64,000 nucleotides of DNA. Origin: Octopus vulgaris (lineage: Eukaryota). The DNA lies in NCBI GenBank assembly GCA_951406725.2, contig OX597828.1:21018001-21082000 (forward strand), written 5' to 3'. Positions 14,051 to 27,495 of the stretch are shown here, in pieces (positions within the stretch are counted from its first letter, which is position 1; every line of letters begins with the position of its first letter). The position numbers and the translations under genes are program-made. The notes beneath the pieces were generated by a model. The model had not been told where the DNA came from, searched no databases, and saw nothing but the letters and a program-made list of their open reading frames with translations.

Positions 14051-15109
14051 CCAACCACCCAACCCCAGCACTGAGGACCCTTGTTAGGTCACTGGCTCCC
14101 TACCACCCGAATAGAAAGGTAGATATATATTTACAGATATAAGGGTGACTGTGGCTAAACAACATCAACAACAATTATTACTATTACTACTAACACCTCT
14201 GCTACTACCACAATTACTACTACTGCTCCTCCTCTTCCCCCTCCTCCTCTTACTACTACTACTACTACTACTGCTATTACTACTACTACTGCTATTACTA
14301 CTACTACTACGACTACTACTACTACTCTGCTACTGCCATCAACACCACCACCACCACTACTACTACTGCCACTACCACCACCACTACAACAACAACAACA
14401 ACTACTACTACTACTACTACTACTTCTGCTGCTGCTGCTACATTAACAAGGCTAGGAATTTATAAGAGGGTCATGACTAGAAACATGACAAATATCCCTG
14501 TGCACTCTATGAACCCCCATAAAATTTGTCAGGTTAACCTTTTTCTCACAATGACATCACTCTGAATAAGTTGAAGAGCAATGGCTATGGGCTTGCCCCA
14601 TCTTTTATGGACAAACCAGTAACATGTAGGCACAGCTGTGTGGTAAGAAGCTTGCTTCCCGACCAAATGGTTCCGGGTTCATTCTCGCTGTGTGGCAACT
14701 TGGGAAAGTATCTTCTGCTATAGCCTCAGGCCAACCAAAGCCTTGTGAGTGGAACTGGTAGATGGAAACTGAGAGAACCCCGTCGTATAACATCATCATC
14801 ATCATTTAATGTCCATCTTCCATTCTGGCATGGATTGGACGGTTTGATAGGAGCTGGCCAGGCAGGAGCCTGCACTAGGCTTCTGTGTCTGTTTTGGCAG
14901 GGTTTTTATGGCTGGATGCCCTTCCCAAGACCAACAACCTTGCAGAGTGGACTGGGTGCTTTTTTACTTCACACCAGCACAGGTAAGATCAGATCTGGCA
15001 GGGGTTTTATAGCTGGTTGCCTTTCCAAATGCCAACCACTTCAGAGTGTAGACTGGATGCTTTTTACACCAAGTAACTTGGAAGACAAAGAATTTTGAGA
15101 TACGTAAAA

Positions 15110-15612
15110 TCAAAACAAATCAAAATAGATGAACATCAATGGAACTTGTATCTTTGTGATACCAGTGCCGGTGGCACACAAGAAAACCATCCGAACGTGG
15201 CCGTAGCCAGTACCGCATCGACTGGCCTCCGTGCTGTGGGCACGTAACAAACACCATCCGATCGTGGCCGTTCGCCAGCCTCATCTGGCACCTGTGTCGG
15301 TGGCACATAAAAACACCATCCGAGCGTGGCCGTCTGCCAGCCTCGTCTGGCACCTGTGTCGGTGGCACATAAAAAACACCATCCGAGCGTGGCCGTTCGC
15401 CAGCCTTGTCTGGCACCTGTGTCGGTGGCACATAAAATCACCCACTACATTCTCGGAGTGGTTGGCGTTAGGAAAGACATCCAGCTGTAAAAACACTGCC
15501 AGATTTGACTGGCCTGGTGCAGCCTTCGGGCTCCCCAGACCCCAGTTGAACCGTCCAACCCATGCTAGCATGGAAAGCGGACGTTAAATGATGATGATGA
15601 TGATGATGATGT
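15110..15612 (+). mobile_element. RTE-type SINE/LINE-tail repeat with internal ~57-bp tandem units and a (GAT)n tail
   Basis: Tail GGCGTTAGGAA.G.CATCCAGCTGTA...CCCATGCTAGCATGGAAAGCGGACGTTAAATGATGATG. Related copies lie at 43270-43539, 49730-50100 and 62000-62358 (+), and 49000-49390 and 57770-58222 (-). Confidence 0.8.
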
Positions 15613-16072
15613 ATGTATTTATGTGTATGTGTCTTTGTGTCTGTGTTTGTCTCCCACCACCACTTGACAACCGGTGTTGGTGTGTTTACATCCCCGTCAC
15701 TTAGCGGTTTGGCAAAAGAAACTGATAGAATAAGTACTAGGCTCTGAAAAATATTAAGTCCTTGGGTCGATTTGTTCGACTAAAAAATCCTTCAAGGTGG
15801 TGCCCCAGCATGGCCACAGTCAAATGACTAAAACAAGTTAAAAGAAAATTAGTTTCCAATTTTGGCACGAGGCCAACCATTGTGTGGAAGGAGTTAGGTC
15901 AATTGCACCCCCACCCCCCCAGTACTCCACTGGTACTTATTTCATCACCCCCGAAAGGATGAAAGAAAATCAACCTCAGCAGAATTTGAACACGAAACCT
16001 TAAAACAAATGAAATGCTGCTAAGCATTTTGCCAGTATGCTAACGATTCTGCCAGCTCATTACCTTAAATAA

Positions 16073-16449
16073 TTACCTCCACCTTAGCAAAGGCGGAAGT
16101 ATTGTTTTCAGTTGTGTTTGTTTGTTTGTTTGTTTGTCCGTGGACAAGATATCTTAAGAACCACTGGATGGATTCAGATGAAACTTTCAGGAATGTTTGG
16201 CCTCATCACTCGCACGAACTGATTAGATATTGAGATTGATGCACTACTGGACAAGGATTCTTGATAATTTTTCCTGCTTTGTTCCTTCTTAATTTTTGAG
16301 AGCATTCGGGTTGACTTTCAGTATTCCTGTTTGTGAGAGCAGTCAAGTTTATTTCAGACATTCTCATTTTAAAAATCATCTCTGGCTAATCGTTGAGAGG
16401 ACATTGGTGTTGCCTTGGTGGAGGTTTGCGCTCTCTGAGTGCTCTTGTT
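16073..16449 (+). mobile_element. Helentron-associated (DINE-1/HINE-like) non-autonomous element
   Basis: Subterminal inverted repeats ACCTCCACC (16075) / GGTGGAGGT (16417), internal (GTTT)n, and a 3' hairpin GCGCTCTCTGAGTGC. Confidence 0.65.
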
Positions 16450-17050
16450 ATTATTTGTAATATTCACACATATAACTGGCACTTATGTTATTGATACTTG
16501 AGGAATGAAAGGTTGGGTAGGAAATCAAACTCCAGCAGGATTTGAACTCACAAACATAAATAGACTAACCATAGAGTAGGCTACATGTTTTGGAGGAAGA
16601 GAATGTAATTGATTCATTTAACCTCAGTATTTTACTGGTATTGTCTGCATTATCTTCTGTCTTTATGATTTGAATTATAATTCCACCGAAGTAGACTTTG
16701 TTTTTCATTTTTTGGGGCTCAATAAATATGTACCATTTGAGCACCAGGGTTGATAGTGGAGGCACATGGCTTAGTGGTTAGGGGTGTTGGACTCATGATT
16801 GTAAGATTGTGCTTTCAATTCCTGGACCAGCAGACAACGCGTTGTTTTCTTGAGCAAAACACTTCATTTCATGTTGCTCCAGTCCACTCAACTGACAAAA
16901 ACGAGTAACCCCACGATGGACCAGCATCTTATCCAGGTGGAGAATGTATACGCCATGAAACCAGGTAACCAGGTAACCAGCCCTTATGTGTCAGCAAGAT
17001 TCAAGAAGCTAAATTTACCTTACCCTAACTTGTGTCAATGTACCGTATTT

Positions 17051-17383
17051 AAAAAAAAAAAGGACTCCGCCGGTTACGACGACGAGGGTCCCAGCTGATA
17101 CGATCAACGGAACAGCTTGCTCGTGAAATTAACGTGCAAATGGCTGAGCATTCCACAGACACGTGTACCCTTAACGTAGTTCTCGGGGATAATCAGCGTG
17201 ACACAGAGAGTGACAAGGCTGACCCTTTGAAATACAAGTACAACTCATTTTTGCCAGCTGAGTGGACTGGAGCAACGTGAAATAAAGTGTCTTGCTCAAG
17301 GACACAACGCGTCGCCGGGAATCGAACTCACAACCTTACGATCATGAGCCGAATGCCCTAACCACTAAGCCACGCGCCCTCAC
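17051..17383 (-). mobile_element. Young tRNA-SINE (family C) with an 11-bp target-site duplication
   Basis: TSD GTACCGTATTT at 17040-17050 and 17384-17394. Intact A and B boxes and retained CpGs. Confidence 0.9.
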
Positions 17384-17384
17384 G

Positions 17385-17568
17385 TACCGTATTTTAACGT
17401 GTATAAGGAACCCTTGTGTATAAGTAACCCCTTAATTTTGGGGGCTTAAAATTTGGAAAAAAAGTTTTGTAAGGGATTATAATACTATCTATGTTTAAAA
17501 AACTTCCATATTTTTTTAACCCAAGTTTTGACGAAAAAAGGGTTCTTTATACACATTAAAGTACAGTA
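17385..17568. mobile_element. Tc1/mariner-superfamily MITE with TA-CCGTATTTT termini (second copy at 50990-51574, interrupted by a SINE)
   Basis: TIRs TACCGTATTTTAACGTGTATAAG / TTATACACATTAAAGTACAGTA. The same body occurs in both copies. Confidence 0.7.
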
Positions 17569-17639
17569 ATCAATTAGCACATTTCCTCAAGAATTTCAGG
17601 CCTCATGCCTACAACAGAAAGCATTATTATTGTTATTCA

Positions 17640-18710
17640 AGGCAGCAATCTGGCAGAATTATTAGCACACTGGGAAAAATGACTGGCAGCATTTCATCCA
17701 CCTTTTCTGAGTTCAAATTCCACCAAGGTCGACTTTGCCTTTCATCCTTTCATCCTTTTGGGGCCAATAAATTAAATACCAGTTGCATACTGGGGTTGAT
17801 CTAATCAACTGCCCCCCTCCCCCAAAATTTCAGGCCTTGTGCCTAGAGTAGAAAAAGATCATTAGCATGGTGAGAAAAATGCTTAGCAGCATTCCATCCA
17901 TCCTTACGTTCTGAGTTCAAATTCCGCTGGGGTCGACTTTGCTTTTCATCCTTTTGAGGTCAATAAATTAAGTACCATTTGCATACTGGGGTTGATCTAA
18001 TCAACTGGCCCGCTCCCCCAAAATGTTGGGCCTTTTGCCTAGAGTAGAAAAAAAAAATCATTGCATGGTGAGCAAAATGCTTAGCAGCATTCCATCCATC
18101 CTTACGTTCTAAGTTCAAATTCTGCTGCAGTCGACTTTGCTTTTCATCCTTTTGGGGGTCAATAAATTAAGTACCAGTTGCATACTGGAGTTGATCTAAC
18201 TGACTGTCCCCCTGCCCCAAAATTTCGGGCCTTGTGCCTAGAGTAGAAAAAAAATCATTAGCATGGTGAGCAAAATGCTTAGCGGCACTTCATCCATCTT
18301 TACGTTCTGGGTTCAAATTCTATCAAGGTCAGCTTTACCTTTCTTCCTTTAGGGGTCAATAAAATAGGTATTAGTTGAGCATCGGGGATCAATTTAATCT
18401 ACTTACCTCACCTCTGAAATTGCTGGCTCAGTACCAACATTTGAAAGTATTATTATTATTATTATTATTTAAGGCAGTGAGCTGGCAGAATCGTTAGCAT
18501 GCTTGGCAAAATGCTTTGTGTTATTTGATTCCATCTTCACGTTCTGAGTTCAAATTCCGTCGGAGTCAACTTTGCCATTCATTCTTTTGTGGTCGATAAA
18601 TTAAGTACCAGTGAAACACTGGGGTCGATGTAATTGACTAACCCCCTTCCTCCAAACTTTAGGCCTTGTAGAAGGATTATTATTATTTAGGCCTTGTAGA
18701 AAGGATTATT
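17640..18710 (+). repeat. Head-to-tail array of ~200-bp SINE family B units
   Basis: TTAGCATGGTGAG.AAAATGCTTAGC...GAGTTCAAATTC...GTCGACTTTGC.TTTCATCC...GTAGAAAA recurs at about 17660, 17861, 18060, 18258 and 18490. Confidence 0.8.
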
Positions 18711-18731
18711 ATTATTAGTATTATTATTATT

Positions 18732-18943
18732 GCTTTTGCACAGCTTCTAACGCTGGAGATGTACTACAGTGTCAGCTGTTCACTACCAGTGAACGAAGGT
18801 AACACCTCTTATTTTTTGAGGACCATCCAGAGTATTTGAGCAGTTCCAAGCAGTACTGTTTTCTGCAAGTGCTCCACCTTTATCGCAGCCCCTCTTTGTT
18901 CCACATACCTCTCGAGATTTTTGCTCACTGTTCCCAGGGCTCT
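18732..18943 (-). mobile_element. 5'-truncated R4/Dong-clade LINE 3' end embedded in (TAA)n
   Basis: Minus-strand ALGTVSKNLERYVEQ...LQKTVLLGTAQILWMVL matches the R4/Dong RLE C-terminus LQK..LLGTA.IL. Both ends abut TAA repeats, the known Dong target. Confidence 0.75.
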
Positions 18944-18962
18944 ATTATTATTATTATTATTA

Positions 18963-19024
<62 letters not shown>

Positions 19025-19077
19025 ACCATCATCATCATCATTATTATTAATATTATTAATATTATTATTATTATTAA

Positions 19078-19116
<39 letters not shown>

Positions 19117-19309
19117 TTTTTTTTTCTTCTTTCAAATTTGCTTCCATTTCTTGCCGAGTGTCTTCCCGACTCCTAGGGCAAAGAAACTCATAGTATACAT
19201 TGGTAGGCCATTAAACCAAACTCAGTAGTTCGTTCATTTTTTTTTTTTTTTTTTTAAAGTTAAATTAAAATACATGAGCAGCAACAGTTCTCACATCGAC
19301 AATGCTCTT

Positions 19310-19387
<78 letters not shown>

Positions 19388-20339
19388 TGCTTTTACTGGT
19401 TAAGCAAGAGAAACTCATCCAGAATGTTAAGTATATTAAAATTAGTTCTTCCTCGTTTTGGCAAAAGAATTCCTGTCTCTGGTTTTATGCTTAGTAAAAG
19501 TAGGACTGCAGCTAAAAGCTGGAGTTATCAAAAGAACTTGCCAGTCAAAGAACAGTAGGAAGAACAATCCGATATATCTGATGCTATTACTCATTGCTGT
19601 TGATATTATTTAGATGTAGGTCAGCTCCGGTTGAGCAGGATCAATGGTCAATGAATATTCACTCATTTATGAATACTGCAGTAAAGACAGAAGAACATGG
19701 AACAGTAGCCAAAATTAAAAGACATGATTTATCAGAAGCTAAATTGTGTAGAGCTGTGGTTACTCTCAAAAAATAAAAGGAACAAAGGTTCTTCTTGAAC
19801 CATTGGATCATATGACCAGTTTCCCTGGATTCTGTGGCAGAAATATTCCTCAAGTTGATGAAAGGCAAAGCTGACTTCAGTGGAATTTGAACTCAGAACA
19901 TAAAGATGGGCAAAATGCTGGTGAGTATACCATACAACCAGCTCGCAGTCTTGTTAATGATAACAAAAATAATGATTTCAAATTTTGGCACAAGGCCTGC
20001 AATTTCGGAGGAGACAGTCACATTTCCTTTAAGTCTATGGCAAAGTGAATAACATGATCTTGGCTTTCCTGAATAAAGGAATAAGACAGGATGGTCACAA
20101 TTGGAATGTGTGTTTGATTGGCGTTGAATGGGGGGGGGGGGCTAACAATAATAATTATTATTTCAAATTCTGCCATAAGGAGGGGGCTAGTCAGTTACAT
20201 CAACCCTTAGTGCTAAACTTGATGAAAGGACGAAAGGCAAAATTGGCCTTGATGAAATTTGAACTCAAAACGTAAAGAGAGGCAAAATGTCACAAAGCAT
20301 TTTGCCCATTGAGCTAACAATTCTGCCAGCTCACCACCT

Positions 20340-20370
<31 letters not shown>

Positions 20371-21147
20371 GGTGGTGGTGGTGGTGACGACGGTAGTGAT
20401 GACGACGGTGGTGATGACGATGGTGGTGATGACGACGGTGGTGATGACGACGGTGGTGATGACAACGGTGGTGATGACGACGGTGATGATGACGACGGTG
20501 ATGATGACGATGGTGATGATGATGATGGTGATGATCTTTTCTACTCTAGGCACAAGGCCCGAAATTTTTGGGAAAGGGACCAGTTGATTAGATTGACCCC
20601 CAAGAATGCCACTGGTACTCAATTTATTGACCCTAAAAGGATGAAAGGCAAAGTCGACCTTGGCAGAATTTGAACTCAGAATGTAAAGACAGATGAAATA
20701 CTGTTAAGCATTTCACCCAGCGTGCTTACGTTTCTTATTTCTTTATTGCCCACAAGGGGCTAAACATAGAGGGGACAAACAAGAACAGACAAAGGGATTA
20801 ATTTTATTACATCAAACCAGTGCATAACTGGTACTTAATTTATCGACTCCAATAGGATGAAAGGCAAAGTCGACCTTGGCAGAATTTGAACTCAGAATGT
20901 AAAGACAGATGAAATACTGCTAGGCATTTCGCCTGGTGTGCTAACCTTTCTGCCAGCTTGCCTCCTTTCTACCAAAAGCACAAGGCCTGAAATTTGGGCG
21001 GAGGAAACTTGTTGATTACATCGACCCCAGTGCATAACTGGTACATATTTCATTACGCCCAAAAGGTTGCTACTCAGAACGTAGCGGCAGACGAAATACC
21101 ATTAAGCATTTTGCTCTGCATGCTAACGATTCTGCCAGCTCGCTACC

Positions 21148-21203
<56 letters not shown>

Positions 21204-21760
21204 TATAAAAATAATAGTTATGATAATGGGTTCAAATTTTGGCACAAAGCTTGATATTTTGAGGGGAGGGGACAAATCAACTACTTCAGTCCCAATTACT
21301 TGTGTTGTACTCTATTTACTAACCCTAAAAGGATAAAAAGCAAAGATGACTGTGACAAGAGTTGGAAGAAATGATGTTAAACATTTTGTCAGATGTTCTA
21401 ACGATTGTATGAGCTTGTTGGCTTCTTAATGGTTCCTGATTTGGGCAAAGGCCAATAATTTAAAAGGGAATAGGGTTAGTCAATGCCACCGACCCAGTAC
21501 ATGACTTATGCATTATCTTATCGACCCTGCAATGAAGAAAGGCTAAGTACATACATACACGCTTGCACACACACGCACACAAGCATGCACATATGTACTA
21601 ATGCGCATACACACAGATACAGACACTCATGCATGTATGTAGGTGCATAAGTATGTATGTGCATACATAGACACTCGTGTGTATGTGTATGATTTGTATG
21701 TGTCTGTGTATATGTATGAATAAACATACACATGATTATACATATATATTCATGTGTGTG

Positions 21761-21808
<48 letters not shown>

Positions 21809-23341
21809 TATATGCTGATGTATATGTACACACACATGTATATATATAGGCACAGGAGTGGCTGTGTGGTAAGTAGCTTGCTTACCAACCACATGGTTGC
21901 AGGTTCAATCCCACTGCATGGCACCTTGGGCAAGTGTCTTCTATTATAGCATCGGGCCAGCCAAAGCCTTGTGAGTGGATGTGGTAGACGGAAACTGAAA
22001 GAAGCCAGTCGTATATATGTATATATATATGTGTGTGTATGTGTGTGTGTGTGCATATATATTTGTGTGTGTGTCTGGTTTGTCCCCCTACCATTGTTTG
22101 ACAACTGATGTTGATGTGTTTGCGTCCCCATAACTAATTGGTTTGGCAAAAGAGACCGATAGAACAAGTACTAGGCTTACAAAGAATAAGTCTTGAGGTC
22201 GATTTGCTTGACTAAAAGGTGGTGCTCCAGCATGGCCGCAGTCAAATGACTGAAAGAAATAAAAGAATATGCATATATATATACATATATATTTATATAT
22301 ATATAGTTAATTCAAACAAGAAAACACAAAAAAACAACAACGCGAGGACGTGGAACAAATATAGTATTATTGGACGCTCAGGAAAGAAGGAAAGAAGGAG
22401 GGTTTAACGTTTCGAGCGGAGCTCTTCGTCGGAATGTTCACTTTCCATGCTGGCATGAGTTGGACGATTTGTCTGAGGACTGGCGAACCAGATAGCTGCA
22501 CTAGGATCCAATCTGATCTGGCAAAGTTTCTACAGCTGGATGCCCTTCCTAACGCCAACCACTCCAAGAGTGTAGTGGATGCTTTTACGTGCCACCAGCA
22601 TGAGGGCCAGTCAGGCGGTACTGGCAATGGCCACGCTCAAATGATTTTTTTTACATGCCACCTACACAGGAGCCAGTCCAGCAGCAGTGGCAACGACCTC
22701 GCTTGAATATTTTTCACGTGCCACTGACACAAGTGGCAGTAAGGCGACGGTGGTAATGATCATGCACTTAGCGCTCCACTAGCATGGATACCAGTTATCG
22801 AATTTGATTTCGATTTCGATTTCACTTGCTTCAACAGGTCTTCGCTAGCAGAGTTTAGTGAATCGTGCTTGTTTTACCCCTCTGCAAGGTTATTTTATTT
22901 TAATTCTCTCGCAGGAAGGCCTAGTATTGATGAGTCGTGTCCTGTCTTGCCTTCGAAACATGCTTAAGTCTACTAGTGACAGCTGATGAAGGGGATTTTT
23001 CCTTGTGTAGCATGTCCTGTACCTTGTTTTTCTGTTGTAAATAATGTTTTTCCCGTTTTCGTTCTCGTCCTGTTCCATGTCTCTGTCCTTCTGTTGTAAC
23101 AAAATGGCTTTTCCGTTTTCGTTTCTGTTGAGTTTTACGTCTTTTTGTGGTGTCCTGTACGTATATATATTTATATATACATGTATATATACATGTAGAT
23201 GTCGGTACGTACATATATGTTTGTATGTATGCATATATTTTATTTATTACACTATATACACATATATATACATATAGAGAGAGAGTTGTGGCTCTCCAGT
23301 GGAAACTAGTAGAAAAGAAATATAAAAGTAAAGTGTATATA

Positions 23342-24214
23342 CAGGGGGCAGTAAATAAACTATACAAAAATTGCGCAAAAATGAAAATAACACTGACATC
23401 TTGTTTTAACAGATATATTTACCAAAACTACATAAGGTTATCTTGAAATGCTAAAGAGTAAATTTATTCAATAAAATTGCTATTGGCTTCAACTGCAGCC
23501 TCCAGACGACTTCAGATCTCCTGCAAATCTTCTGGACAGTCTCCTTGTTTAAGTTGGTGACTGTTGCCATAGTTCTTACCTTCAGTTCATCTTTGCTGTT
23601 ACAAGGAGTTTTGTTGCTCTCTCGCTCAACTGCACCTCACACATAATAATCAAGTGGGTTGCAGTCTGGGGAGTTGGGTGACCAGATGTTAGGGGTGATG
23701 TGGTCACAGAAATTGTCTGACAGCCATGACTGAGTTCTTCTGTTTGTGTGGCATGGTGCAGAGTCCTGTTGCCAGACATAGGGTCTCCCAGCAGCCACCC
23801 TCTTGGCCCAGGGCTGCACTACCTCCTCCAGGCACTTGATGCAGGCCTCCGTGTTGAGTGTGAGGCCATGTAGGAAGATAAATGGAGGCATAACATCGTC
23901 ATCACTAGTGATCACTCCAAACAGCATTAAGTTGACTGGATGTTTGATTTTTATCACTCTTGGTACATGTCCTCAGACTGACACCCAAACACTCTGAAAT
24001 GTTCTTATTGGAGCTTCCGGCACGAAAGCCAGGCAGTACAATACGCCGTTTCCAAATTTCTGGTGGAGTGTATTGCGTCAACGTGCTGTTTTTTTCTCAC
24101 AGAGAGTGCCCAACTGCCCCTACAATACTGTGTAGTCAACAAAATCAAAAACAATCTATGTGCATGGGCAAAGTAATATGTATATAATGGCAGCAATTTA
24201 TCCATCACACCCTG
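23342..24214 (-). mobile_element. Internally deleted DD37D (maT-like) Tc1/mariner element
   Basis: TA-flanked degenerate TIRs CAGGGGGCAGTAAATAAA / TTTATCCATCACACCCTG. Transposase fragment WQQDSAPCHT...WSPNSPDCNPLDYYV has 37 residues between the 2nd and 3rd D. Confidence 0.85.
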
Positions 24215-24518
24215 TATAAAGAGATACATACATACATGTATATCTGTTTGTTCATCTATCTATCTATCTATTGATCAATCGATCTGTATGCCTGTCTGTC
24301 TGTCTACTTGCTTATATGGATTTTCATGCATGAATACAAGACACACCTAAGATGTATAAGACAAATACATAAATGAATGCAAATATATTATACACACTGG
24401 GGAATATCTATAAATATACATATATATATAACAATATATTTCTATGTATATAAATATGTACATATATATATATATTTATGTGTGTGTGTGAGTTTATATG
24501 TGTATCATCATCGTTGTA

Positions 24519-24678
<160 letters not shown>

Positions 24679-24681
24679 CAT

Positions 24682-24722
<41 letters not shown>

Positions 24723-25210
24723 GACTCATGCACACATGCACTTTGCATGGAAACAACAATTAACACCAGCTGCCAACATAACAAGAGCGATATATATTCT
24801 GGTTTAGCGTGCTGACAGTGGTCTGAAGATGCCAAGAAAATCCTAGGATCTGTTACTGCATACAAATGTATGATAATATTCGACGCCTACGGACTGGGGA
24901 AAGTCCTCTGTCTTTGCCATGGAAAAAGAGCAGATCTTCTTCAAAGAGAACCCCCTCCTCCTTCTCTTCTTCTTCTTCTTCTTCTCTCCTTCTCCTCCTT
25001 GTCCACCCACGCGTTGCTGGGTCTGCTACATAAATTCATCGGAAATAACCCTGTACTTCTCCAGCTCCTCCTCCTCCTCCTCTTCTCCTTCTTCTTCCTC
25101 CTTCTCAGCCTCCTCCCCTTCCTCGTGCTCATCAGCCCCCTCCCCCATTTCCTACTCCAACCGTTCTCTGTTGAGTCTACTACTTTACCACATGTGACAT
25201 GTAAACATAT

Positions 25211-25248
<38 letters not shown>

Positions 25249-25327
25249 TTGTGTTTGTGTGTGTGTGTGTTTGTGTAATATATAGTTATATAGTGGAAGC
25301 ACAGGTATCAGAAGACAACAAACAGTG

Positions 25328-25358
<31 letters not shown>

Positions 25359-25434
25359 GTTTATTTTTCTTTTATTGCACATATCTACACACACTTATAC
25401 ACACATATACATACACACGTATAACAATACATAC

Positions 25435-25471
<37 letters not shown>

Positions 25472-25477
25472 ATATAC

Positions 25478-25508
<31 letters not shown>

Positions 25509-25513
25509 TATAT

Positions 25514-25544
<31 letters not shown>

Positions 25545-26116
25545 CACACACAAATGCATATATATGTGAGAGTGTGTGTGTGTGTATATACTTACATACA
25601 CATACAATATATAATATATATATATATACATATTAATACATACATATAAATATATATACATACATATATACATATATATATATACATATACATATATATA
25701 TGTGTGTGTGTATGTGTATGATATATATATGTGTGTGTCATGTTCATGTGTACATCTCTCTCTCTCTCTCTCTCTCTCTGTGCATACACACACACACACA
25801 CACACACACGTACACACAATGCTAAAAGTGCCTGTTGCTGCATGTGTTCCAGCTACATCTCACCCAGCATCACTTCTCATTCCACCCCCAACCCCCAACC
25901 CCCACACTCTCACCGCCACCACATATCCCAGACACTTTCAGATATTCTGCTGCCACTGTTCTTCAATAATGGTTACGTAGAACCACCGCTCTCCTGGTGG
26001 TTGATGTACTAGCATGATTCTTTACGTGTCTGTATGTGCGTGTCTATGTGTGTGTGTGTGAGGCTGCGTGTATGTCTTAGTGTGTGTTTGTGTATATGTG
26101 TGTTTGAGGGTGTAAG

Positions 26117-26528
26117 ATGATGAGGTTGCTGCTGCTGCTGCTGTTGTTGATCATGATGCTGATGCTGATGCTGATGATGATGAGAATGCTGGATATGATG
26201 GCTATGGTGGTGGTGGTGGTGGTAGTGGCAGTGGTGATGATAATAATGATGATGAGGATGATGATGATGATGATGGTTGTGATGGTGGTTGTGATGGTAG
26301 TTGTGGTGGTGTTAGTGGTGGTGGTGGTGATGATGATGATGATGGTGGTGGTGGTTGTTGTGATGGTGGTGGTGGTGGTGGTGGTTGTGATGGTGGTGGT
26401 GGTAGTGGTGGTGGTGATGATTATGATGGTGGTGGTGGTGGTGGTTGTTGTGGTAGTGGTGGTGGTGGTGATGATGATGATGGTGGTGGTGGTGGTTGTG
26501 ATGTTGTTGTTGTTGTTGGTGATGATGA

Positions 26529-26562
<34 letters not shown>

Positions 26563-26684
26563 GGTGGTGGTTGTTGTGATGGTGGTGGTTGTGATGGTGG
26601 TGGTTGTGATGGTGGTGGTGGTGGTGGTGATGATGGTGGTGGTGGTGGTTGTGATGTTGTTGTTGTTGGTGGTGGTGGTGATGA

Positions 26685-26715
<31 letters not shown>

Positions 26716-27460
26716 TGTAATGGTGGTGGTGGTGGATGGAATGATAATTGCAGCAACAACTGAATACCAATATCAACAGCAGCTACTACAGTTGCAACTG
26801 TATCAGCAACAGCAACAACAACAGCAGCAGCAGCAGCAGCAACAACAATAGCAATTACTATTGCAAAAACAAGGGCACCAACAAAGTGATTCCTGATCAG
26901 GAAAATTCGGAAGGTGGCAGTGTCGGCGGCAGCAGCAGCAGCAGCAGTGGTGCTAGTGGTGGTGGTGGTGGTGGTGATGGTGGTGATGGTGGTGGAACAA
27001 TAAATATATAACAGGAGATAGCAACGAAATTACACCGCAATAGATAATTCTAATAATGATAATGATGACAATTATGATAATGATGGTAATGATAGTAATG
27101 ATGATGAAGATGATGATGAAGATGATGATGATGATGATGATGATGAAGATGATGGTGATGATTATGATGATGATGGTAGTAGTGGTAGTGGTGGTCGTAG
27201 TGATGATGGTGACGATGATGCTGATGCCGGTGATGATGGTGATGATGATGATGATGATGACGACGACAACAACGATGACGATGATGATAACGATGATAAC
27301 AGCGGTAGTGATGATGTTGGCGATGGTGTTGGTGAGAATGATGGTGATGATCGCGACAATGATTATGATGATGGTGGCGATGGTGGTGGAGGATGGTGGT
27401 GGCCGAGATGATGATGATCATCATCATGATGGGGGACGACGATAATCATGATGATGGTTG

Positions 27461-27492
<32 letters not shown>

Positions 27493-27495
27493 GTG
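26117..27495. repeat. ~1.4-kb compound trinucleotide microsatellite (GAT/GGT/GTT, with a CAA/CAG block)
   Basis: Directly visible. It produces poly-M/V/H/Q artefact ORFs. Confidence 0.9.

Noticed and set aside
17290-17383. tRNA genes at SINE heads (also at 4609, 11712, 45288)
   Set aside because: A and B boxes are present but continue into multi-copy SINE bodies, and I see no convincing intact cloverleaf.
20287-20673. D/G-rich ORF and other poly-residue ORFs (14145, 18836, 24377, 27050)
   Set aside because: They are microsatellite translations flanked by SINE sequence, with no splice support.
22915-23010. CTGATGAAGG and CGAAAC motifs suggestive of a hammerhead
   Set aside because: I could not assemble consistent stems around the core elements. 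It is at most a Penelope-like remnant.
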